Assembly: GCA_027459465.1 (NCBI GenBank)
Contig: DAIDIH010000410.1
Coordinates: forward strand, 21,192 to 85,191
DNA length: 64,000 bases
Origin: Bryobacterales bacterium
GTDB taxonomy: Bacteria > Acidobacteriota > Terriglobia > Bryobacterales > Bryobacteraceae
Direction: 5' to 3'
Positions 56,771-64,000 of the stretch are shown in pieces; the first letter of the stretch is position 1, and the number at the start of each line of letters is the position of its first letter. The translations under genes were made by a program, and so were the position numbers. The notes beneath the pieces are model-generated. The model was not told the origin of the DNA. It ran no database searches and saw only the letters and a list, made by a program, of their open reading frames with translations.

Positions 56771-58027
56771 GTGGCGGGCATTCGTCCGGGTAATCAGTTG
56801 GAGGACGAAATGGAAGAGATCAAGACAGAGGCCGGCGTAGTCATCGACAGCGCCACAGTGAACAGTTTCTGGACGCGCGAGCGGGAAGCTGTGTTGCGGA
56901 AGGGACTTCCGGAGGAGCCGAACGCGAAGGGCAAGGCGATCGACAAGATGCGGGCTCTGCACCCCAAACTCAAAAAGCTCAATACGATCGAGAAGCGACT
57001 CGATGGCGTGGCGCCCAATGGTCTCGCCATTTGGATGACAGCCGAATTCTGGAAGCGAGAGATCGATCTTGCACTAATTGAAGGGATCTACTCCGGACAA
57101 AAGAAGCGCCCCGAGGCGCTCGAAAGAATCCGCGCGATCTGGCCGGAGCTCGACGGCGAAGCTCTACGCGAGCGCATGGAAAAGCTCGCCTCCGATAGTC
57201 AGCCGGAGTGGTTCCAGAAAAGCTTCTGGGACCGCCTGGACCCGATTCTACTCGCCGGGATGAAGCAAGGAAAAATCGAAGAACGGCAAGCGATTGACAA
57301 AGTGCTCAAGCTGCATCCGGAACTGCGGATCGAGCGGGTCTGGGCGCGAATTCGCGATCTGCGCCATCGAAACCGGAAGGCGACTCAGCCGCACATTGGG
57401 CCATTTCCGTGGACCGAGGAACAGGAACAACGTCTCCTCGCGCTGTACAGAGAGGTCGGGCTGAAAGAGGCTGTCTCGATCCTGCAGCAAGCGACAGGCT
57501 GGCCGCGGGACGCCATTATTCGCAGGGCGCACAAGCTCGGCGTGCCGAAGAAGGAATACCAGAGGAAACAGGAATGGAGTGAAGTCGACCGGACCTTTCT
57601 CCTGGTTTCGGTCCGGCATACGCCGGTCAAAAGGATAGCGCGACAATTGGGACGTCCGGAAAAAGCCGTCTGGGTGCAGGTTTGGCGAGAGGGCTTGCCG
57701 GCCGCCTGCGAGGAGGGGTATAGCCGAAGAGAACTGTGCCGGAAATTTCATGTTTCCTCAGTAACGCTGCGCCGATGGATCCGTTCGGAGTGGCTGAAAG
57801 ACGGCGCTGACAGGCGCGTCCCCGAACGCTCGGTCAGGGCCTTCTTGCGCCAGCATCCGGACTTGGTGGCTTGGGATCGGCTCGATTCAGAAGCACGGGA
57901 CTGGGTATTGGAGCTTTCCGCGAAAGAAGATGGGGCAAATGAAGTAGTAGTTGCCAAAGAGAGCAACGGAAAGCGTGTCAAGCCTTCGTTTGAGAAGCAG
58001 CTTGCCGCCGCCACTGGTCAAACGTAG
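56771..58027 (+). CDS. Hypothetical protein with repeated helical/HTH-like modules
   Basis: Track ORF. Recurring ..HPEL..ERI.AIWPEL.. segments. Confidence 0.45.
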   Translation: MAGIRPGNQLEDEMEEIKTEAGVVIDSATVNSFWTREREAVLRKGLPEEPNAKGKAIDKMRALHPKLKKLNTIEKRLDGVAPNGLAIWMTAEFWKREIDLALIEGIYSGQKKRPEALERIRAIWPELDGEALRERMEKLASDSQPEWFQKSFWDRLDPILLAGMKQGKIEERQAIDKVLKLHPELRIERVWARIRDLRHRNRKATQPHIGPFPWTEEQEQRLLALYREVGLKEAVSILQQATGWPRDAIIRRAHKLGVPKKEYQRKQEWSEVDRTFLLVSVRHTPVKRIARQLGRPEKAVWVQVWREGLPAACEEGYSRRELCRKFHVSSVTLRRWIRSEWLKDGADRRVPERSVRAFLRQHPDLVAWDRLDSEARDWVLELSAKEDGANEVVVAKESNGKRVKPSFEKQLAAATGQT

Positions 58028-58481
58028 GAAGTACGCGAGGCCGCTGGCGCTTCCAATCCTCATCACATTGAAGCCAATAGTCGGTGATCTGATCCATCCG
58101 AGGGTCCCTCGTCGCGTAGTAGCCAAGAGCGTGCAGCCATCCCTCTGCCCGAGCGAACCCGAATCTTTCGCGGTCAAGCCAGGAAATCAGGCGCAGCCAG
58201 AGAAAATCCCGTTCGCGCGGATGCGCACGACGGTATGATGCAGCATCATCCAGGAACCCTGGGCAGCGGTCGTCCAACAGGCTCTTCATCTCCGCAGAAA
58301 TGCCTCCCTCGACTTCCACAATCAAGCGAACCCAGAACGCGAACGCGCGCCACTCGATGTACTCGGTGACGGCGGTGGCGAGGCGTTCGGGATCAGTGGA
58401 CGGCAGTTGGGACTCAGCCAGTTTTTGGGATTTGCGCGCCAGGGCGGTTTCGGCTCGGCGATACATCGTCTCTTTCTTCAT
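57978..58481 (-). CDS. Hypothetical protein
   Basis: Start taken at MKKETMYRRAE within the track ORF. Its convergent 3' end overlaps the previous gene by 50 nt. Confidence 0.4.
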   Translation of the reverse strand: MKKETMYRRAETALARKSQKLAESQLPSTDPERLATAVTEYIEWRAFAFWVRLIVEVEGGISAEMKSLLDDRCPGFLDDAASYRRAHPRERDFLWLRLISWLDRERFGFARAEGWLHALGYYATRDPRMDQITDYWLQCDEDWKRQRPRVLPTFDQWRRQAASQTKA

Positions 58482-58775
58482 GGCGGAAGTGACACTCACG
58501 GGGAAGCCTGTTCGTATTGGCGACTGTGGGCCAAGCCCTGTCGCAAGCCGTGCTCGGTAAACTCCGCTGTACCATATCGCGGTTGCGCTGCGCAAGATTT
58601 GGTGCGATTTCGCCGGCACGGGGACCTCTTCTCATAGGTCCGTTGTGGAGCGAAGGTTCCTGCGAGAGGCGCACTTTTACACAATGACCAATCAATCAGT
58701 GGCATGTGCCCGCGCGGTCGGTGATTTAGGCGTTCTGGTCCTCTGGCTGGCGGCGGGATCGGAAGAATTACGTGC

Positions 58776-59846
58776 TCAACGGCCGAGAGGCCAATCTTTT
58801 CCGATTCCGTGGCGGCGAAACCATGCAGCAAGTTCTTCTTTGGTCTGGACTTCATCCAGGTCTTGGACCAAGCAGAAGACATTGTGACCGGCTCTTTCCA
58901 GCCGGCGCAACTCAGTTTGCCAGCTCTCAACCTCGAATTTCAGCTTACGGCGGGCGCGGGGATCCAAGGCCTCGCCCTGCTCGTCGCAATACTCATCAAG
59001 CAGGTACATAAGCCCGGCTGTTCGCAACGGTTCTTCATGGTAACGAATCTGCGTGACCGTGCTCGTACCGTGATCGGCAACGATGGCACTCGCTACCTCC
59101 CGGCGCAGTGCCTCCAGTTCGCCCACGTCGAATCTGGCCTCGTCCCCGAGCCGGATGGCAGCTGTCAGGGCAGCATAGAAAGCCTCCGTCACCTTCGCTT
59201 CTTTCGCTGCATTGTTTTCGAGTGGGCGCGTGCGTACCTGGTCGCTATCCGGCGAGCGTGGCGCGGTGTCATTCCGATGGCGCTCCCGCGCCTTCATTCC
59301 CTCAGCCCAACGTTGGGATTTGGTGATTAACTCTTTGAGGAACGGAGCCTTGGCGTCGGAATAGACGATAAGGCTGGAGCCGCCTTGCGCAAGGATCTCG
59401 CGTTTCTGCCTGCCATAGAAATCCGCCTCATGCAGGTTGTCCCTGAGGTAATCACGCAAGGCGAGGTTCTGTTGCCAGAGTTTTCGGTCCCACACGGCTT
59501 GGAGGTTGACTGGGAATGGCGGATTCCGCCGGCGAAAATAACGGCCGCCGGGGACGCCGGCTTCGCCGAGATCCTCGTAACCAGCCGTCGCCATAACCGG
59601 CACCAAAGCCTGCGCCGAAGTGGGCTTTGCGACTGAAGCCTGCAGATCGATGATCGGCTTGGCCGTGAGGCCCGGAATGGCGGTGCTGCCGATGTGGACG
59701 ATCTCGCGCGCCCGGCGGCCGAGGACGACCCGAAGTCGGTTGATCTCTTCCTCAGCTCGGGCGGGCCAGCCTGGGTCGTAGGCACTTAATTCGACGTGTT
59801 CGTCGAGCTTGGGCCGGGGCTGGTGCGTCGATGTTGCCACGTTCAT
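58776..59846 (-). CDS. GrpB-family protein with a ~170-aa C-terminal extension
   Basis: VELSAYDPGWP..IVHIGSTAIPGLTAKPIIDL... Confidence 0.6.
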   Translation of the reverse strand: MNVATSTHQPRPKLDEHVELSAYDPGWPARAEEEINRLRVVLGRRAREIVHIGSTAIPGLTAKPIIDLQASVAKPTSAQALVPVMATAGYEDLGEAGVPGGRYFRRRNPPFPVNLQAVWDRKLWQQNLALRDYLRDNLHEADFYGRQKREILAQGGSSLIVYSDAKAPFLKELITKSQRWAEGMKARERHRNDTAPRSPDSDQVRTRPLENNAAKEAKVTEAFYAALTAAIRLGDEARFDVGELEALRREVASAIVADHGTSTVTQIRYHEEPLRTAGLMYLLDEYCDEQGEALDPRARRKLKFEVESWQTELRRLERAGHNVFCLVQDLDEVQTKEELAAWFRRHGIGKDWPLGR

Positions 59847-60457
59847 TTATAATATCGCCCTTGGGGATTGGCGTCGGGCAATCGGATTTTCTCAGGCAAA
59901 GGCGCGCGAGAAAACGGGGAAGGCTCTGGCCCCTGACAGGCGGACCGTCCGTTCGAATACGAAGACTGGCAGAAGTTGCGCGGCCGATAGGCTGAACTCT
60001 TATTAGACCCCGACAAGAGGGATCGGCAAGGGGCCACGCCGACTCTCGGTATGATGACCCTGAGGTGGAGGCGAGGTGGAGGCGGGGTTGCGTCCGCTGT
60101 GATCGTCGTCATTGAGTGGCGAAAATGGAGGCTGCGCACATGCGTCAGTCAGGAACTGCTGTCCAAGAAGTGACCGTCTCCGCAAGAACGCCCGCAGACG
60201 GGCCAAGTGACTGCGAGAGACTGTCGCCACGGACGGGCGCATATCGCTTTCGAGAAAGCGGCGAACAGCTTTTTCGTAGTACCTGGTCCGCTCCGGGCGT
60301 GAAATACAGATTGGCGAGCGGGTATCTTTGAGATTTCACCAAGGCCGCGCCTCGATCGATAACGGACGCGATCGGAGCCCGATGAGATAGTAACGCTAAC
60401 GTGCATCCCTTGAACTTGATAACAGAGACTCGGCGCCGCTGTAGGCGACTGAGTACT

Positions 60458-61630
60458 TTACTTCATCAAGCGGGCCGTTTGTATTTTAGTGGTGCCGGAA
60501 TTGCCCCACGCAATCAAGGTTTCACCGGCCACCTGCAGGAGTCGCGGATAGCCAATGCTTGACCGGGACCCCTTGGCAACTTCGATAACAGGACCGGTGC
60601 CGCCCGCGCTGCTGACGCGGCGAGCGAGCAGGCGGACCCCGTCCGCACCTGAGCCTTCCTCAAGCCAGGACACGAGCGCCCCACCCTGATCGTCGAGGGC
60701 GACCGACGTGTGGCCAAAGGAATTGCCCGTACTGATACGAACCGGCTTGGCGAAAGTCGCACCGCCGTCATTCGAGAGTACGAGTTGCGTTCGTGGAGAA
60801 TCCTGCGCTTCGGTATACCAGGCGATTGCAACACGATTATTCCGGGCCGCGGCGGCTGCACCATTCACAGGGCACGCGTTGATCTCCCATTTGTCGGGAT
60901 TCAGGATCTTCGACGGTAACCAGCGGCCGTTCTCGAAGCGAATAACCGCGATGTCGCGAATATCCTGCGGCGTGTGGTCCCGGTAGGCAACAAGCAGGCC
61001 TTTCGATGTTTTGACGATGCTTGTCGGGCAACAGGTACAAACGTCGGAGTCCAGTGTCTCTTCCTTGACAACCCGGCCGTCGCTAGTGACCACGGTCCTC
61101 TTCAAAGCAGATGGCGCATCCTCGCCCTTTAGCGCCTCTAGCCAGACAAGAGACGCCTCCTGATCGCCGCTCGCCACCATAGAAGCCAATGCATGTTGAA
61201 CGGGGCTGCGATCGCGATGGGCCATGACCGGCGCCGTCCATCGAATGCCATCTTTGGACGCCGAAACATATAAATTCTCCGCCTCTCCCGAGCCGGGCGG
61301 CAGCTCGACCCATTCCGCCAGCAACGATCCGTTCGAAAAAGAAATCACCGACGGCGACTCCGCTGGCTGACGGAAGAATTCGCGGTTTGCAATGATCGTC
61401 CGCGGTTCGGACCACTGACCGCTCCGGCGTACGGAGTAGCGCAGCGACAGCGAGCCGTCCTTGGCTTTCTCAAGCCAGCTTAACAACGCGCCGCCGTCTG
61501 CTGTTGTGGCCCAGTGCGCCTGAAGGCTGACCGAGCCAGACGGATTGGGCATTGGTTCCACGCGGAGCGTTTGCCCGAAAGCCGCGATGGACATTGTAAC
61601 CAGCAGAAGAACCGCATATTTGATTCGCAT
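60458..61630 (-). CDS. Secreted BNR/sialidase-like beta-propeller protein
   Basis: Signal peptide; repeated S.DGG.TW-like blades (SKDGIRWT, SNDGGATF). Confidence 0.6.
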   Translation of the reverse strand: MRIKYAVLLLVTMSIAAFGQTLRVEPMPNPSGSVSLQAHWATTADGGALLSWLEKAKDGSLSLRYSVRRSGQWSEPRTIIANREFFRQPAESPSVISFSNGSLLAEWVELPPGSGEAENLYVSASKDGIRWTAPVMAHRDRSPVQHALASMVASGDQEASLVWLEALKGEDAPSALKRTVVTSDGRVVKEETLDSDVCTCCPTSIVKTSKGLLVAYRDHTPQDIRDIAVIRFENGRWLPSKILNPDKWEINACPVNGAAAAARNNRVAIAWYTEAQDSPRTQLVLSNDGGATFAKPVRISTGNSFGHTSVALDDQGGALVSWLEEGSGADGVRLLARRVSSAGGTGPVIEVAKGSRSSIGYPRLLQVAGETLIAWGNSGTTKIQTARLMK

Positions 61631-61663
61631 ACCTCTATTTCCTTTTCCTTTCAGGACCGAGTT

Positions 61664-64000
61664 TCAGAACGTAAGTTTCAACGCCGCTTGTACCAGCCGA
61701 GGAGGCGCGGCTTTCACTACCTGCCCAAAGAGAGGGCTGCTTATGTCTCCATTTACTGCCGCAGGTCCGAAGAACTGCGTGTGATTAAAAGTATTGAACG
61801 TCTCCAGCCGGAATTGCAGCACTTTTGATTCGGAGAATTTGAAGTTTCGAAGTAGAGCGATATCCGAGTTGAACATTCCCGGCCCATGAAAGGACCGGCG
61901 CGAAGCATTGCCGGCAGTACCCAGGGCATTCTGAGAAAACGCGGAGACATTAAAGTACGGCAGGCCGTTGCGCGGATTTCCGTTCAGGTTTAGGCGGGCA
62001 CCACTGTAGTCTGGTAAATCGAGGCTGAAATTGTTAACACCGTTGGGAAGGCTGCCCATCAGTGAATTGTCGCCATCGGAGTGAAGCGTCACCGGAAAGC
62101 CGGTGCTGGCGCGCGTGATGCCGGAGAGGGTCCATCCTTCGAGAAGCTTCTTCCCGTGTTTTGAGAGGCGATCCCATGGAAGTTGCCAATCGTAGCTGGC
62201 AACGAGGTTGTGGGTAAGATCCCACGCCGAAAGCGCGCGCGTCGCGCCAAAATTATAAGGGTTGACTGGATCTGAGAGCGCCGAAGCCTGGTCGATGGAT
62301 TTGCTGAAGGTGTATGCGATAAGAAAATTGAGATTCTTGCTGGTGTGGCGCAGAGTGGCTTGAAAGGAATTGTAGTTTGAATTCCCGATGCTCGCATCGT
62401 AATCGTCATTTCCGTAGGGAGGTCCCAAGCCTTGACGAGTGCCCTGTATTACCTGGCCAGTGGCGGTGACGTATCGGGTGTCCTCCCCGAACGGTCCGCA
62501 GGTTGGAGAAGCGGGAGCGACCGCACGCGGCTGGCTTAAGGCAAGGCAGAGAGCCGGATTGCCGGGATTGGCCGAATATACCACCATCAGATGATGCGCT
62601 TGCGATCCGATGTAGCTTAGACTCAGCAGCGTTGCGGGGCTAAGCTGGCGCTCGATCGAAAGAAAGTAGTTCTCCGTGTATGGGATTGTGTCCCACGGCG
62701 GCGTGGCGGTCATTCCAGTGAGCGGCAGAAACTCGGAGAAGTTGATGCTGGAGTCCGGATTGGCTGATGTATGTCCGCTGAGGGAGGGAAATGTCAGGGG
62801 GAACGGATTAGGGTTGATCTGCCCGGCCGCCGTTATGAAAGGCGTGGCGAAAAGAGGTTGCCCCGGACTGACCGTGAGACCGTAGGGCGGCTGGGGCTCG
62901 TCAAAGGCGACGGTGTTGCCTTGGATCACGGAGTAGAAAATGCCGTAGCCGGCGCGGATGCTGCTTTTACCGGGTCCACCAAACACCTTGCCCAGCAAGC
63001 CATCGGTTGTAGCAGGTGAATACGCCAGCCCCAAACGGGGAGCAACGCGATTGCGTTCCGGCACCAAGGTGTTCGGAACGCCGCGGTCGCCAACATAAAC
63101 CAAGCCGACGGGAGCATTGGGAAAGACCTGCGATTGCTCACCTGGGATGAACGTCGGATTCTGGTCGTATTTCTCGGACCAGTACTGCATCAGTTCCCAT
63201 CGCACGCCGTAGTTTAGAGTGAGACTGGAGTTCAGGCGCCAGCTATCCTGCACAAAAGCACCTGCGTATTTGTGGCGCGCATAATAGGGCTGCGCGTCGG
63301 ACTGATTGAAATTGCTCGCGACGCCGATCAGGAAATCCGCGAAATCGAGCCCGGTCTGCGATCCGGAAAACAAAAAGGACCCATTGAACGTGGCATTCGG
63401 ATTGACGTTGACTTGCGCGATGTTGGCCTCGAAACCGGATTTGAGGGTGTGGCCTCGCACCACACGCGAGAAATTGTCGCTGGCAGTGAAGGTATTGTTT
63501 GCTTGTTTGAGATTGGTCGTGGGTGCTCCCATCGTGAACGAATTGAAAATGACGTTTTCGACGCCCTCAATGGACGGAGCCAGCGGAACGATGCCGGGCG
63601 TGCCCGCGCCAGTGACGAATCCCTGCGATGCCAGACTCGGCCCCACGCCACCGGCTGGTTGACCGACGTTGTTGGAGCTTCGCATGTAACTCAAGTGAAG
63701 CTCGTTGACCGCATAGGCTCCGAAGGTCTTTGTGTGGCCGAGGTTGATGAGTTGCGCGCGCCCCAACGTCAATGCGTTGAACCCAGGCACGCTCGCGCCA
63801 CCCTGACCGGTCGGGTAAGGATTGTTCAGCGTATAGTCATCGAAAAAGTAATACGCCGAGAGCAGCCCCCAACGACCGTTGTCATCATCGATGCGGAAAC
63901 TGGTCTTGTCGTCGTGCAGCCTTTGGCCTTGGGCGCCCGTTGAAAAGGTGCTCGGACCGGCATTAGGCGAGGGGATGTATTGCAGCAGATGTTGGGCCGG
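61664..64000 (-). CDS. TonB-dependent receptor, N-terminus beyond the window edge
   Basis: Ends ..AALKLTF (terminal Phe). Manual translation shows the frame stays open from 63790 to 64000 (..FRIDDDNGRWGLLSAYYFFDDYTL..). Confidence 0.75.
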   Translation of the reverse strand, partial: PAQHLLQYIPSPNAGPSTFSTGAQGQRLHDDKTSFRIDDDNGRWGLLSAYYFFDDYTLNNPYPTGQGGASVPGFNALTLGRAQLINLGHTKTFGAYAVNELHLSYMRSSNNVGQPAGGVGPSLASQGFVTGAGTPGIVPLAPSIEGVENVIFNSFTMGAPTTNLKQANNTFTASDNFSRVVRGHTLKSGFEANIAQVNVNPNATFNGSFLFSGSQTGLDFADFLIGVASNFNQSDAQPYYARHKYAGAFVQDSWRLNSSLTLNYGVRWELMQYWSEKYDQNPTFIPGEQSQVFPNAPVGLVYVGDRGVPNTLVPERNRVAPRLGLAYSPATTDGLLGKVFGGPGKSSIRAGYGIFYSVIQGNTVAFDEPQPPYGLTVSPGQPLFATPFITAAGQINPNPFPLTFPSLSGHTSANPDSSINFSEFLPLTGMTATPPWDTIPYTENYFLSIERQLSPATLLSLSYIGSQAHHLMVVYSANPGNPALCLALSQPRAVAPASPTCGPFGEDTRYVTATGQVIQGTRQGLGPPYGNDDYDASIGNSNYNSFQATLRHTSKNLNFLIAYTFSKSIDQASALSDPVNPYNFGATRALSAWDLTHNLVASYDWQLPWDRLSKHGKKLLEGWTLSGITRASTGFPVTLHSDGDNSLMGSLPNGVNNFSLDLPDYSGARLNLNGNPRNGLPYFNVSAFSQNALGTAGNASRRSFHGPGMFNSDIALLRNFKFSESKVLQFRLETFNTFNHTQFFGPAAVNGDISSPLFGQVVKAAPPRLVQAALKLTF

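Noticed and set aside
59941-59970. GTTCGAAT, considered as a tRNA T-loop
   Set aside because: The flanking bases (gtccg / acgaa) cannot form a T-stem, and no acceptor or anticodon arms could be drawn.

Overview
This is a high-GC bacterial window. Bases 1 to about 51.4 kb read as the backbone of a plasmid- or ICE-like mobile element. The last ~12 kb look like ordinary chromosome, possibly Acidobacteria-like (weak inference from the TonB-dependent receptor and BNR propeller genes).

Backbone genes:
- Rad52-type annealing protein and a Gp157-like protein
- a PRTRC ubiquitin-like cassette (E, C, F-like, B, ThiF)
- HU
- a Ycf46-like AAA+ ATPase with DUF1257 and DUF2997, then a glycyl-radical-activase-like radical SAM protein
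- a DUF3150-like protein
- an N6-methyltransferase with an SNF2 helicase
- DUF2958, vapBC and a Cas4-like exonuclease

The backbone is heavily colonised by other mobile DNA:
1. A ~5.8 kb mercury-resistance segment (merR, merT-merP fusion, merA) sits between PRTRC E and C.
2. An IS3-family element with a 4-bp GGCC duplication splits PRTRC C.
3. An IS630-family element is flanked by TA.
4. A ~6 kb cargo stretch (21-28 kb) is rich in disrupted genes.
5. Two tandem Tn7-like elements are present. Element A (about 32.0-38.7 kb) has no transposition genes and carries a CueR-like metal operon with an atypical P1B ATPase. Element B (38691-49992, 5-bp ATAAT duplication) carries AbiE, a primase-helicase fusion and a TnsA-TnsB fusion, and has no tnsC.
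6. The tniQ/tnsD-like gene of element B is split by an IS66-family element (8-bp duplication) that carries a DUF4338 (DruA-like) passenger.

The right flank (51.5-64 kb) holds a CHAT-TPR protein, an S41 peptidase, an anti-sigma and sigma-like pair, GrpB, a BNR propeller and a TonB-dependent receptor.

I recognised no rRNA, tRNA, CRISPR array, or tyrosine/serine recombinase. All family names come from motif recognition by eye, without searches. The strongest candidates for undescribed biology are the permuted Ycf46-like ATPase cluster, the membrane-hairpin Cas4-like/CPBP operon, and the Tn7-like cargo.
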